A stretch of DNA of 47,187 nt, taken from a virus. The translations under genes and the position numbers were made by a program. Positions within the stretch are counted from its first letter, which is position 1. Each line of letters starts with the position of its first letter. The stretch lies in the IMG/VR virus record IMGVR_UViG_3300027716_000003. One strand, written 5' to 3'. Positions 23,286-33,493 of this stretch are shown piece after piece. The notes under the pieces were generated by a model. It saw nothing but the letters and a program-made list of their open reading frames with translations, had not been told where the DNA came from and did not search any database.

Positions 23286-24884
23286 ATGCCCACTGCCCCC
23301 ATCCCCTTCGGGCCAACGCTCGAGACGAGCGGTGAGCCGATCAGCGGCGCGTCGAGCGAAGCCTTCAACGTCATCCTCGACGCTCGCGGAGTCCTCCGAA
23401 AGCGCCCCGGCCTCGTCGCCTACACGGGTGTCGCTCCCGCTACTGCCGTCGACGCGGCCGGCGTGCTCGGGCTGTACCTCACGGAAAGCAAAGTAGCCCA
23501 CACCTCCGGCACGCACACGGTCAGCGGTACGCACCCCGGCGTGCTCTACGCAGTGGGCGCCACGGTGAACGCCTCGGGCGGAGGGCACAATACCGGGCGC
23601 AACGTCTACCGAATCGCCGGGGGGACCGCGACCTTGGTCGGTACGGGCGCAGCCAATGAGGATCGTCTCGCGACTCCTGCTGCGATCGCCACGACGCGGT
23701 TCCCCAGGCCGGTGTTCGCCGAAACCGAGGCATTGCTCGTCATCGCAGGTGGCGCGGAGGTTGGGAGGATCGACATCCGCCCCGAGACGTTTGCGGCCCC
23801 CGACTTCACGACGAATGCCGACTACCAGGAGATGAAGTTCCTCGGCGGCTGCCCGCCGCTCGCGAGCCACATCCTCGGCAACAGCTCGCGCCTGCTCGCC
23901 AACGACACGCAGCTCGATCAAACGAAGCTCCGGTTCAGCGACATCACGCAGGGCATCGTCGACGTCACGGGGCACGAGACCTGGGCGCCGTCGCCCGGCA
24001 GCGCGGGCTTCTTCACGGCGGAGGCGCGGCCCGACTCCATCGTCGCCTGCGCCGAGAACACCAACGACATCTTCGTCTTCGGCAAGACGAGCCTGCAGCT
24101 CTTCAGCCCCGACACGAGCGTGACGTTCGCGCCGAGCATCACGCGCGAGGTCGGCTGCCTCGCAGCCTACAGCCCCGTCAAGGTCGACGACCGCTTCGTG
24201 TGGCTCGACCACCTGACCCGCATCGTCATCAGCGACGGGCGGGAATGGGAGGACGTCGGCAAGCCCGTGCAGGCGACGCTCGACGCGCTGACGACCCCGA
24301 GCGACTGCTACGGCTACCGCTTCAGCGAGAGCTTCGCCGACGCGGTCGTCTTCCGCTTCGAGACGGACGAAGAGACGCTCGTGCTTCAGCCCGGCATCGG
24401 CTGGGGCCGCTGGGCGCTGCACACGGCCGCGACCGACACGTTCACGATGTTCCCGGTGCTGAGCCACCTCTGCCGCCAAGACGGCGGGCTCAATGTCGTT
24501 GGGCTCTCCGACGGCACCATCCGCCTCCTCACGCTCGACGCGGAGACGGACCTCGGCGCGGCCATCGTGGCCTACTGCCGCACGGGCTTTCTCGATCGGG
24601 AGAGCAACAATCGCAAGCGCACGACGGCCGTGCATCTCGCCTTCAAGCGCGAGCCCGAGCTGAGCCGCGACGTCGTCTGCTACCTCGAATGGCGCGATGA
24701 CCTCTCGCCCGAGTGGAACGAGATCGCCATCGAGCTGTCGTGCGACGACGGCGACTTGAACCCCGTCATCCCGCTCTACTCGCTCGGCGTCTACCGCCGG
24801 CGGCAGTGGCGGTTCCGATTCCCGAGCGAGAAGGGCCTGTTCCTCGTCCGCGCGCTCGAAACGTTCGAGGACCTCGGCAGCTGA
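23286..24884 (+). CDS. Tail tubular B / nozzle-like candidate (532 aa)
   Basis: ATG 23286 preceded by GGGAGCGAGGG. Call by size and position only. Confidence 0.3.
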   Translation: MPTAPIPFGPTLETSGEPISGASSEAFNVILDARGVLRKRPGLVAYTGVAPATAVDAAGVLGLYLTESKVAHTSGTHTVSGTHPGVLYAVGATVNASGGGHNTGRNVYRIAGGTATLVGTGAANEDRLATPAAIATTRFPRPVFAETEALLVIAGGAEVGRIDIRPETFAAPDFTTNADYQEMKFLGGCPPLASHILGNSSRLLANDTQLDQTKLRFSDITQGIVDVTGHETWAPSPGSAGFFTAEARPDSIVACAENTNDIFVFGKTSLQLFSPDTSVTFAPSITREVGCLAAYSPVKVDDRFVWLDHLTRIVISDGREWEDVGKPVQATLDALTTPSDCYGYRFSESFADAVVFRFETDEETLVLQPGIGWGRWALHTAATDTFTMFPVLSHLCRQDGGLNVVGLSDGTIRLLTLDAETDLGAAIVAYCRTGFLDRESNNRKRTTAVHLAFKREPELSRDVVCYLEWRDDLSPEWNEIAIELSCDDGDLNPVIPLYSLGVYRRRQWRFRFPSEKGLFLVRALETFEDLGS

Positions 24885-24895
24885 AGGAGTGAGCA

Positions 24896-25426
24896 ATGGG
24901 ATTGTTCGACATCATCGCTAGCGGGATCAACCCGATCCTCGGAGAGGATACCGTTGCGCGCCTTCCGGTCGTCAACGGCTTGCTCGGCGCGGAATCCGAC
25001 TCGCAGAAGGCCCTGATTAAAAAGCAGGAGCAGCTCGATGCCGAGGCGAAGAAGCGCGAGCAGCAGAACGTTCAGGCGCGCATGCGGGCGCTCGGCCAGA
25101 GCATGCTCGCCTTCAACCCGCAGAACCAGATGATGGCTCAGATGTTCGGGCCGCAGGCGGCGTTCAGTCCGCAGCAGTTCGCTCAGATGACGGGCGACCC
25201 CGGTGCGCGCTCGGAGGCCGAGTACAAGCAGGCACACGCCAAGGCGCTCGAACAGCCCTGGGCGGGCGACAGGCGGCTGTCCACGCAGGGCTGGAGTGCC
25301 GCGGACATCCAGCGCATGCAGGAGAACGAGAAGCGCAAAAAGATGATCGCGCAGCAGATGACGCCGCTCGGGCCCGGCCCCGCGCCGCTGAACCTGCCGC
25401 CGGCAGCAGCCGCGAGGAGGTATTGA
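24896..25426 (+). CDS. Virion internal protein candidate (176 aa, Q-rich)
   Basis: ORF track; position. Confidence 0.4.
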   Translation: MGLFDIIASGINPILGEDTVARLPVVNGLLGAESDSQKALIKKQEQLDAEAKKREQQNVQARMRALGQSMLAFNPQNQMMAQMFGPQAAFSPQQFAQMTGDPGARSEAEYKQAHAKALEQPWAGDRRLSTQGWSAADIQRMQENEKRKKMIAQQMTPLGPGPAPLNLPPAAAARRY

Positions 25427-25427
25427 C

Positions 25428-27353
25428 ATGCCCTCGTATTCTTGGGATCTCGACCCCCAGTCGAACTACATCCAGCCCCCGCCGAAGCCCACGAGCAACA
25501 CGGGTTACTACGATCCGCGCATGGGGGCGACGACGCAGATGCAGACGTCGGGCCCCACGGCGCCGCAGCTGTCGACCGTCGACCGGACGGGCGCCGCCGC
25601 CGCGTTCGCTCCGCGCGATCCGATGCAGAACCCGGGCAACAACCTCACGAATCCCGGCTACGACGAGCAGGCGTTTCTATACACGCAGAATCGTTACTTG
25701 AACGATCCGAGCGCGGGGCTGCTGCAGGACCAGTACAACAACATGCAGAACCCGACCCAGGGTGAGCAGTTCATGAACGACAACCTCGGCACCCTGATGG
25801 GTCCGGGGCAAGGCGATCAGTATTGGAACCAGGTGCAAGGCCAGTACATGAACCCGATGGCGGGCGAGCAGTTCGCGCGCCAGGCGACGCAGAACTTCGG
25901 CGCGCAGGGCCCGGCGAGCGCCTTCTACGACCAGGCGATGGGGCAATACGATCAGTTCACGGGCTACACGGGCCCGCAGAACGCGCAGGGGCAGTACGGC
26001 CAGAGCGCGGCGAGCCTCGCCGGCGGCACGCAGGGCGAGCAGGGGCTCGGGCAGCTCGCGGGGCAGTACGGCGCCATCGGCCAGTACCAGGGCGGCAACA
26101 ATGCGCTAGGGCAGTACCAGCAGAACGCATCGAGCGGGCCGCTCGCGGCGCAGTCGTTCTACGACCAGATCGCCGGCAGCTACGGCTCGATGGGGCAGTA
26201 TTCGGATCCGAACCTCGCCGCGGGGCAGTACGCCCAGACGCAGCAGTCATTCGGGGCGCTACCGACGCCCGACTCGGCCGATCCCTTCTACGATCGGGCC
26301 ATCCAGCTCGGTACGCAGAAGTACAACAGCCAGGCGGCGGGGCGCGGCGTCTACGGATCGAGCGACGCGCTGTCGGGCGTCGGCAACATCATCACCGACC
26401 TGAACGCCCAGCGCGCTCAGAACCAGTTCGGTAACGAGATGAGCATCGCGCAGGAGAACCGCGCGCGACAGGAGCTGCTCGGTAACCAGGCCCGCATGGG
26501 CGACCTGTCGAGTCTCGCGGCATTCGGCGCGAACATGCAGGGGCTCCAAACGTACGGCGGGCTCGCCAACGCTGCCGGCAACCAGACGCTCGGGCAGCAG
26601 ACGATGCTCGGTAACCAAGCGCGCGCTGCCGACCAGACCTCGCTCGATGCGTTCAACAGTAACCTCGCTGGCGTGAACACCTTCGCGAACGTCAACAACA
26701 TGCAGGGCAACCTCGAGCTCAACAGGAACGAGCTGCTCGGCAACATGGCGAATAACGCCGACAGCCAGGCGCTCGGGGCGCAGCAGGCGAACATCTCGGG
26801 GCTCAACGCCTTCGGGAACCTCGCGAGCTCGGCCGACAGCGCGGAGACGAACCGCTACACCGCGACGACCTCGGCGATGAACAACGCCGACCGGACCGCG
26901 CTCGACCGGATGAACTCGGGCGCCGACATCGCCTTCCGCGGCGACGAGAACCAGCGCGCGAACTACGACAGCTCGATGCGGACGGCGGAGAGCGCGAGCC
27001 GCCTCGGCATGGACCGGAACAAGACGAGCGCCGACATCGCCAACACGCTCTCGAACAACGACCTGAACCGGCTCGACTCCTTCAACCGAGCGGCGAGCGG
27101 CGCAGAGGGCTCGCGGCAGGCGCGCCAGCAGGCCGCCATGAACGCCATCAGCGGCTACAGCCAGCAGGTGCAGGGCGCCATCTCGCAGGCGCTCAATGAC
27201 GTCATCGACGGCAGCCAGGCCGACATCGAAACGGCATGGCAGACCGACGTGCTGCCTGTCCTGCAGCGCGCGCAGCTCGACCAGAAGCAGATCGATCAGG
27301 TCTACGAGCTGGTCAAGGGCGTCGCCGAAGCCAAGGCGAAGGGCGGAGGCTGA
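25428..27353 (+). CDS. Q/N/G-rich low-complexity virion protein (641 aa)
   Basis: Many GQY/QY repeats, and repeated LGNQAR...D.SSL.AF..N..G modules. Confidence 0.5.
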   Translation: MPSYSWDLDPQSNYIQPPPKPTSNTGYYDPRMGATTQMQTSGPTAPQLSTVDRTGAAAAFAPRDPMQNPGNNLTNPGYDEQAFLYTQNRYLNDPSAGLLQDQYNNMQNPTQGEQFMNDNLGTLMGPGQGDQYWNQVQGQYMNPMAGEQFARQATQNFGAQGPASAFYDQAMGQYDQFTGYTGPQNAQGQYGQSAASLAGGTQGEQGLGQLAGQYGAIGQYQGGNNALGQYQQNASSGPLAAQSFYDQIAGSYGSMGQYSDPNLAAGQYAQTQQSFGALPTPDSADPFYDRAIQLGTQKYNSQAAGRGVYGSSDALSGVGNIITDLNAQRAQNQFGNEMSIAQENRARQELLGNQARMGDLSSLAAFGANMQGLQTYGGLANAAGNQTLGQQTMLGNQARAADQTSLDAFNSNLAGVNTFANVNNMQGNLELNRNELLGNMANNADSQALGAQQANISGLNAFGNLASSADSAETNRYTATTSAMNNADRTALDRMNSGADIAFRGDENQRANYDSSMRTAESASRLGMDRNKTSADIANTLSNNDLNRLDSFNRAASGAEGSRQARQQAAMNAISGYSQQVQGAISQALNDVIDGSQADIETAWQTDVLPVLQRAQLDQKQIDQVYELVKGVAEAKAKGGG

Positions 27354-27356
27354 GCG

Positions 27357-29606
27357 ATGCCCCTCGACTTTGCGAGCATGCTCCTGCAGCCGACGAAGGC
27401 GTCGCCGTGGAATCTATCCCCGGACGGTAGCGGAAGCGCCCGCGAGCAGCTCAAGCTCGCCCGCGAGCGCTTCGAGGAGGAGAAGCGGCAGAACGATCGC
27501 GCGGAGGAGCTGCGACGCATCGAGGAGGCGGGGCGCAACGCGCGCTCCGCGATGGAAGCGCAGCAGGCGCGCGCGGCGGCGGAGGCCACGCGGCAAGCGG
27601 CGCTGCTCAAAGAGCAGCAGGGCGCGATGCAGAAGTTCGGCGAGCTCGCCGGCAGCGGCAAGGTGCAGCAGGCGCACGCGATGACGCCCTACCTCGAGCA
27701 GCTCGGCATCGACGCGAATAACCTCGGCACCGTCGGGGGGCTGCCCGTCTTCCAGCTGCAGAACCGCGCCGAAGAGGCCGCGCGCGCCAGCGCCGAGTGG
27801 GAGCGGCAGCCGCGCGCCATCGACAGCGCCGACGGCACCGAGAGCGCGACCCAGTCGCTGAGCCGCATGGACGCGCTCGGCTACCCTACGAACGAGCGCG
27901 GCACGCTCGACGACCCGAGCGCGACGCGGGGGCCCTCGTCGGCCGAGGGCGAGCTCGGCTTCGAGGCGACCGGCGCGCTCGACGAGGCGACGACCGACGC
28001 GATCACCGCGGGAGAGGCGGACCTTGCGACCGCGGAGGAGTTCGCGGGCGATGGCGTCGCGGAGGTGAGCGTCGGGCGAGGCATGGTGCCGGCGTCGCTC
28101 TCGCGCGGCGACGCCTTCGCCCAGGCGCTCGCCGCGAGCCAGCACGCACGCGACACGAACAAGCCCCTGCGCGGCCCCGACGAAGAGGACTTCCAGGGCG
28201 CCGTCCCGCGCAACGTCATCGACTTGCCGGCGATGGCGGCCGAGACGAACGCGCGCCTGAGCCCGATGCTCAAGAGCATCGGCGGGTCGCTACCGACGCG
28301 AGCGCTCAGAGACACGGCCGAGGCCGTCGGCAAGGGCGCCGCGGGGCTCGGGCTCGAGGCGACCGACGCGCTCGGCGAGTTCACCAAGGGCATGGCCCCC
28401 GCGCTCGACATCTACAAGAGCGAGCAGAACATCCAGGCGCAGAAGGCGAAGGGCAACGAGCTCGGCCGTATGGAGCGGGGCACGCTGCGCAAGTGGGGCG
28501 AGGACCGGGGTAAGACGCTTTACGGCGACCGCGCGATCGATAAATCGATCAACTCGATCAACAAGGCGGACGAGGTCGATCGCGTCCTGAACAACAAGAA
28601 CCGCGAAGACGACGGCATGGTCGCCAACGCCGTAATGGAGGCCCAGAACCTCAAGGGCGCCCCGAGCAACACCGACCTCGAGTTCGCGTTCAACATCCCG
28701 AAGGGCGATCTGGTCACGAAGGGGTTCGCCATCATCCAAGAGGCCGTGCGGGGCGGGATGAGCGACGCGCAGAAGGCGGCCGTCAAGAGCTACATGCAGG
28801 CTGTGCGCGAGACGCAGCGCCGAAACCTCGACGAGTACCTCGACAACGCCTTCGACACCATCGACAACGACCGTTCACTCGATCCGGAGGAGCGCGCCGG
28901 CTTCAAGAGCTACGTCGAGCGGTCGGTGCCGGCGTCGGTCTATAACCGGTACTGGGAAGAGCGAGAGAAGCGAGAGAAGGCCTCGGGCGGCGCGCGGCGC
29001 AGCTCGGGTCAGGGCGCGACCGCGCCGGCCTCGGGCGAGGCGGGCGCGGAGCTGCAGCGCCAGGCCGACGCCGCCGGCCTCAACGGGCAAGTGCTCGGCC
29101 AGCTCATGGGCGGCGAGAGCGGCGGCGCGACGAACGCGGCGAACGACAAGTCGAGCGCAAAGGGTGTCTTCCAGCTCATCGACGGCACGGCGCAGCTCAT
29201 GGGCTACAAGGACGCCGCCGAGTACGCGAGCGAGCCGCTCGAAAAGCAGATCGAGGTCGGCCTCAAGCTCTTCAAGAACAAGGGCATCACGAAGGACAGC
29301 CCGCCCGAAGACTACGCGCTCGTGCTCGCCGCGCCCTCGTTCGTCGGCAAGTGGAAGAGCCGCGACGACGTCGTCTACAAGAAAGACTCCGACGAGTGGA
29401 AGGCGAACGCGCCGTGGCGCCCGGCGGACGGCGGCGACATCACGGTCGGCAGCATCGCCGACTACTACATCAAGGGCGGCAAGGCGCCGGCGAAGGCGGA
29501 CGCTCCCTCTCCCGCGCAGGCGGCGCCGAACGACCTCGGTCTGCCCGAGCCGAAGACGGCGGCCGAGAAGCGCATCATCGAGCTCTTGAAGAAGCGAGGC
29601 GGCTAG
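27357..29606 (+). CDS. Internal virion protein with C-terminal lytic transglycosylase (SLT) domain
   Basis: GGESGGATNAANDKSSAKGVFQLIDGTAQLMGY matches the SLT E-S...G(L/V)(M/F)Q motif. N-terminal coiled coil. Confidence 0.7.
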   Translation: MPLDFASMLLQPTKASPWNLSPDGSGSAREQLKLARERFEEEKRQNDRAEELRRIEEAGRNARSAMEAQQARAAAEATRQAALLKEQQGAMQKFGELAGSGKVQQAHAMTPYLEQLGIDANNLGTVGGLPVFQLQNRAEEAARASAEWERQPRAIDSADGTESATQSLSRMDALGYPTNERGTLDDPSATRGPSSAEGELGFEATGALDEATTDAITAGEADLATAEEFAGDGVAEVSVGRGMVPASLSRGDAFAQALAASQHARDTNKPLRGPDEEDFQGAVPRNVIDLPAMAAETNARLSPMLKSIGGSLPTRALRDTAEAVGKGAAGLGLEATDALGEFTKGMAPALDIYKSEQNIQAQKAKGNELGRMERGTLRKWGEDRGKTLYGDRAIDKSINSINKADEVDRVLNNKNREDDGMVANAVMEAQNLKGAPSNTDLEFAFNIPKGDLVTKGFAIIQEAVRGGMSDAQKAAVKSYMQAVRETQRRNLDEYLDNAFDTIDNDRSLDPEERAGFKSYVERSVPASVYNRYWEEREKREKASGGARRSSGQGATAPASGEAGAELQRQADAAGLNGQVLGQLMGGESGGATNAANDKSSAKGVFQLIDGTAQLMGYKDAAEYASEPLEKQIEVGLKLFKNKGITKDSPPEDYALVLAAPSFVGKWKSRDDVVYKKDSDEWKANAPWRPADGGDITVGSIADYYIKGGKAPAKADAPSPAQAAPNDLGLPEPKTAAEKRIIELLKKRGG

Positions 29607-29607
29607 G

Positions 29608-32310
29608 ATGGCGCTCACCCCCGAAGAAGAAGCCGAGCTCGCGGAGCTCTTGAAGGCGCACCCCGAGTTCGCGGCGGCGGCGCCGAAGAAGGGCGCCGTC
29701 ATCGACCAGAAGCCGACGCCCGGATCCGAGGAGGGGCTCGGCGGCATTCAGGCCGTCTACGGCAAGGACTGGACGGCGTACGGCCAGGGCGGGCAGCCCA
29801 TCGCGCAGACCCCGGACGATCGCGCGCGCGACGACGCCGCGGTGCAAGCGGAGGCCGAGCGGGTCGCGGGCATGCTCGATCCGCGCTTCTCGCTCGTGCC
29901 GCAAATCCTCGCGCTGCAGCCGGCGACGAACGACCCCCAGGGAGATCAGGCGGCGGCGGCGAAGTACCAGGCGGGGCAGCGCGACGCGATCTTCATCTAC
30001 GAGCCCCCGGTGGCGGTCGTGCGCAAGCACCTGCTCGAGAACCCCGCGATGCTGCGTGCGGTGAGCGACGAGGTGCCCTCGCAGCTCGAGCTCGACTCGA
30101 TGACCTCCGACTCGCCGCTCTACCAGGCGGCGGCTGACTGGATGTTCCAGCAGGTGGACAAGGCGGCGACCGAGAAGGGGCAGAAGATCATCCGCTACTC
30201 GCGGGCGCCGTGGCTGCAGAGCGACAAGAGCATCCCCGAGACGCTGAAGCTCAAAGTCCAGGGCGCCGACTCCGAATGGGCCAACCAGGCGCAGGCCTTC
30301 GTGCTCGGCGTCGACGACATGGGAGCCGCCGGCGCGGCGCGCGCATCGCAGGAGCGGTACGAGCCGACGTCGATGCTCACCCAGCCTCGCCCGGGCGTGA
30401 ACGAGAGCGTCCCGCAGTCGAGCGCGGAGGTGAACGCCTGGACGGAGCAGGAGTATCCGCTCTCCTACGGCGCGGGGCAGGTCGTCGGGATGCTGAGCCC
30501 GCGGAGCATCTTCAACAAGCTCTGGGGCGGGCTCGAGCAGGGCGGCGCCTGGCTGGCCCAGGCGGCAGCCAAGACGCGGCTCGGGGCCTATGCGGCCGAT
30601 GTGGCGGCCCCTGCCGTCAAGAGCGTGGCGGGGGCCGTGGGTGACGCCGCGACGGGCGCGGTCGCCGCCGGCACGGGGCAGGTCCTGCAGGAGTACGTCG
30701 ATGCTTCAGGGCGCGGCGAGATGCCCGACCTGGCGGAGGCGGGAGAACGCGTGCGGGACGTGGGGGAAACGGGCGGCATCCTCGCCGGCCTCGGCAGCGG
30801 CGGGCGGCGCCTGGCAGAGGCGGGCGCCGCCGGCATCCGCCAGTCGCCCCGCTTCACGGGGCCGCGCGGCCCTGGCGCCGTGGGGCGGACGGAGGCGAAC
30901 ATGGAGTATCGCTTCGGCCGAGAGCCGAGGCTCAGCGGCGAGACGCGCTCGCTCGTGAAGGAAGCGAACGAGGGCGGCTACCAGCCGAGCGACGTGCTCA
31001 CCGAGGAGATCGCGGGGCCCGTGGGCAAGGCCGCCGAGCAGAACGCCCGCGTCTCGGCCGACCGCGCCGGCGCCGTGCGCGCGAGATACGTCCGCGAGCC
31101 CGAGGGGGCCCAGCCGGTGCCGGTGACCCAGACGCAGGAGACCGCCCTCGAGAAGCTCCGCGACCACTACCAGCCGCAAGAGGGCGGGCGCTTGCGTGCG
31201 GTCGACGACCGCACGCCGCCTTCGTTCAAGGTGTTCAACAGCGTGGCCGGCGACGTGTCGACGTCTCCGGCGAAGGGAGCGGCGAAGCTCACCCCCGACG
31301 AGGCGGAGAACTTCCTCGGGGCGCGAGCGCGCTACAAGCTGCTCGAGGACGACATCAAAGCAGCGAACCAGCGCGCGGGCGCGGCTCCGAAGGAGCGCAT
31401 CGAGCGCGACTCGTACCTGCGGACGCTCGATCCGAAGAAGCGCGCGGCAGCCGACGAAGAGATCGAGGCGAGCATCGAGGACATCGTCGGCGACGTCACC
31501 CCGACGGCGGCCCGCCGCGACGCGGTCGAACAACAGGTGCTCCGCGAGCTGGTCGACGAGGCCTCGTTCGTGGAGGCGAACGGGACGCTCGGCGACTACC
31601 TGCGGCAGCGGGGCATCGATGCGGTGTACGTCTCGCCGCGCGCGCTCGATGCGCGCCGCGCCGACACCCTGATCGGGCTCTTGAAGGACGACGACCTGGT
31701 CAAGGCCGCCAAGCGCGACCGGGGTCAGTTCCCCGTCGGTGGCAAGCGGGGCGGGTACAACGAGCTGCTCGAGAAGCAGGACGCGGAGGCCGCGCGCCAC
31801 GCGAACATCCAGAAGTCGGTGGCGCCCGGGGGCGACGCCTTCCAGCCCGTCGCGGGCCTCTACCATAGCCGCCCCGGCGAGAAGCAGCTCGTCGACCAGG
31901 TCAAGACTCTCGCCGACCAGGCCGGCGTCCGCCCGCAGCTCGACCGCCTGCGCGGTCTGCAGGAGACGCTCGCCATCCAGAACCGCGCGAGCTTCCGCGG
32001 CCCGCAGGGGCAGACGCGCTCGCCCTTCGCGCCCCAGAACATGATGGACGCCGCCCAGCTCCGGCTCGCCTTCCCGGTGCTCCGGGCGCTCGAAGGCCCG
32101 CTCGGGCCCTTGCGCGGCTCGACCGCCGGGCGCCCTGCGCTCATGGGCGGCGGCGAGACGGAGGCGGCGCAGCGGCGAGCCGAGAGCGGCGCGCGCGGGC
32201 GCTACGAGGCGGCGCGCGACAAGCGGCTGAAGGAGATCGCGGAAGCGAAGGCCGCCGAAGAGAGCGAGAGCGAGCGGCGACGGACCGAGACGATCCAGAG
32301 GAGACGATAG
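29608..32310 (+). CDS. Large internal/ejection protein candidate (900 aa)
   Basis: Size and position after the SLT protein, analogous to T7 gp15/gp16. No motif. Confidence 0.35.
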   Translation: MALTPEEEAELAELLKAHPEFAAAAPKKGAVIDQKPTPGSEEGLGGIQAVYGKDWTAYGQGGQPIAQTPDDRARDDAAVQAEAERVAGMLDPRFSLVPQILALQPATNDPQGDQAAAAKYQAGQRDAIFIYEPPVAVVRKHLLENPAMLRAVSDEVPSQLELDSMTSDSPLYQAAADWMFQQVDKAATEKGQKIIRYSRAPWLQSDKSIPETLKLKVQGADSEWANQAQAFVLGVDDMGAAGAARASQERYEPTSMLTQPRPGVNESVPQSSAEVNAWTEQEYPLSYGAGQVVGMLSPRSIFNKLWGGLEQGGAWLAQAAAKTRLGAYAADVAAPAVKSVAGAVGDAATGAVAAGTGQVLQEYVDASGRGEMPDLAEAGERVRDVGETGGILAGLGSGGRRLAEAGAAGIRQSPRFTGPRGPGAVGRTEANMEYRFGREPRLSGETRSLVKEANEGGYQPSDVLTEEIAGPVGKAAEQNARVSADRAGAVRARYVREPEGAQPVPVTQTQETALEKLRDHYQPQEGGRLRAVDDRTPPSFKVFNSVAGDVSTSPAKGAAKLTPDEAENFLGARARYKLLEDDIKAANQRAGAAPKERIERDSYLRTLDPKKRAAADEEIEASIEDIVGDVTPTAARRDAVEQQVLRELVDEASFVEANGTLGDYLRQRGIDAVYVSPRALDARRADTLIGLLKDDDLVKAAKRDRGQFPVGGKRGGYNELLEKQDAEAARHANIQKSVAPGGDAFQPVAGLYHSRPGEKQLVDQVKTLADQAGVRPQLDRLRGLQETLAIQNRASFRGPQGQTRSPFAPQNMMDAAQLRLAFPVLRALEGPLGPLRGSTAGRPALMGGGETEAAQRRAESGARGRYEAARDKRLKEIAEAKAAEESESERRRTETIQRRR

Positions 32311-32313
32311 ATA

Positions 32314-32736
32314 ATGAGCAGCCAGACCATCATCAAATATGTCGACACGGCGCTGCCCACGACGGCCGCCGCGGTGACCTTGTTCAACAGCGTGACGTCG
32401 TTCCCGCCCGGCGGCAGCTTCCACCTGCTCGGACAGCAGTGGTTCCAGTACGGGCTCGTGTTCGACAGCGCCGGAGGCACCATCACCGGCACGGTAACCG
32501 GGCAGTGGTCGGACGACAAGGGTGTCACGTGGAACGAGTTCTATGCTTCGGGCACGTTGAACGACGACGTCTCGAACGAAGACGAGGTCTACGTCGGCAT
32601 GTTCAAGGACGTGCGGTTTCTGTTCACCGCGGCCACGCAGAACGCGACGGTGTTTATCGCGGCGCTGTCGCTCAACTGCCACAAGGCGACGAGCACGAGG
32701 ACGGCCACCGACGTGCTGGTGAACGCGCTCGCATGA
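32314..32736 (+). CDS. Hypothetical tail-module protein (140 aa)
   Basis: ORF track; coupled to the next gene. Confidence 0.5.
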   Translation: MSSQTIIKYVDTALPTTAAAVTLFNSVTSFPPGGSFHLLGQQWFQYGLVFDSAGGTITGTVTGQWSDDKGVTWNEFYASGTLNDDVSNEDEVYVGMFKDVRFLFTAATQNATVFIAALSLNCHKATSTRTATDVLVNALA

Positions 32737-33146
32737 CGCTCTCACTCGGCGCTCGTGCGTCGATGCTCGACGGGTTCGAGACCTACATGCTGGTGGGCTC
32801 GGGCACGGCGAACTTCACGCTCTACCAGACGAACACCTCGCTCGCGGTCTTCCCGCTCGCCGCTTCGCCCTTCGGGGCGGGCAACCTCGACAGCATCGTG
32901 GCCGCCTCGACCCCTATCAGCTCGACGGGGACGGAGGTCGCCGGCACGGCCAACCGCTTCATCATTACCAACCAGAACGGCGACACGGCGCTCTCGGGCT
33001 CGGTCGGCGCCATCGGCAGCGGCGCCGACATCGAGCTGCCGAGTCTGACGGTGACGGCGGCGGCGACGCAGACGCTCAACGCGCTCGTGCTTCGAATGGA
33101 CGCCTACGGCACCCTCTCGGTGGAGGCGAGCCTCACCCTGCAATGA
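32733..33146 (+). CDS. Hypothetical tail-module protein (137 aa)
   Basis: ATGA-coupled at both ends. Confidence 0.5.
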   Translation: MTLSLGARASMLDGFETYMLVGSGTANFTLYQTNTSLAVFPLAASPFGAGNLDSIVAASTPISSTGTEVAGTANRFIITNQNGDTALSGSVGAIGSGADIELPSLTVTAAATQTLNALVLRMDAYGTLSVEASLTLQ

Positions 33147-33493
33147 GCATCGCACTCGGCAACCGCTACACGTTCAGCTCGCCCACCTTCCAGACCTCGG
33201 CGGGGACGGCGACGGATCCGACGACCGTCAAGTTCTACATGCGCGAGCACGTGGACGGGACCGAGCTCGAATGGACCTACAACGCTTCGCCGACGGCGGG
33301 CACGCACTACCCCGTGGGTATGCAGCCCATCGTGCGGGCGAGCGCGGGGGTGTACTCGGTCGCCTACGACAGCCGCAAGCCCGAGCGGGTGACGGGGTTT
33401 TGGGTGGGGACGGGCACGGTCTACGACGCCGTGCAGGAGACGCTCTTCGTGCGGCACGCAGAACTCGCGCTCATCGACCCGCCGAGTAGCTGA
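33143..33493 (+). CDS. Hypothetical tail-module protein (116 aa)
   Basis: ATGA-coupled start; TGATG-coupled to the fibre gene. Confidence 0.5.
   Translation: MSIALGNRYTFSSPTFQTSAGTATDPTTVKFYMREHVDGTELEWTYNASPTAGTHYPVGMQPIVRASAGVYSVAYDSRKPERVTGFWVGTGTVYDAVQETLFVRHAELALIDPPSS

Noticed and set aside
27357-29606. Tape-measure protein of a long-tailed phage.
   Set aside because: No flanking tail tube, tail-assembly chaperone/frameshift pair or distal-tail genes were recognised. The order resembles podovirus internal-core genes. Kept only as an alternative to test.
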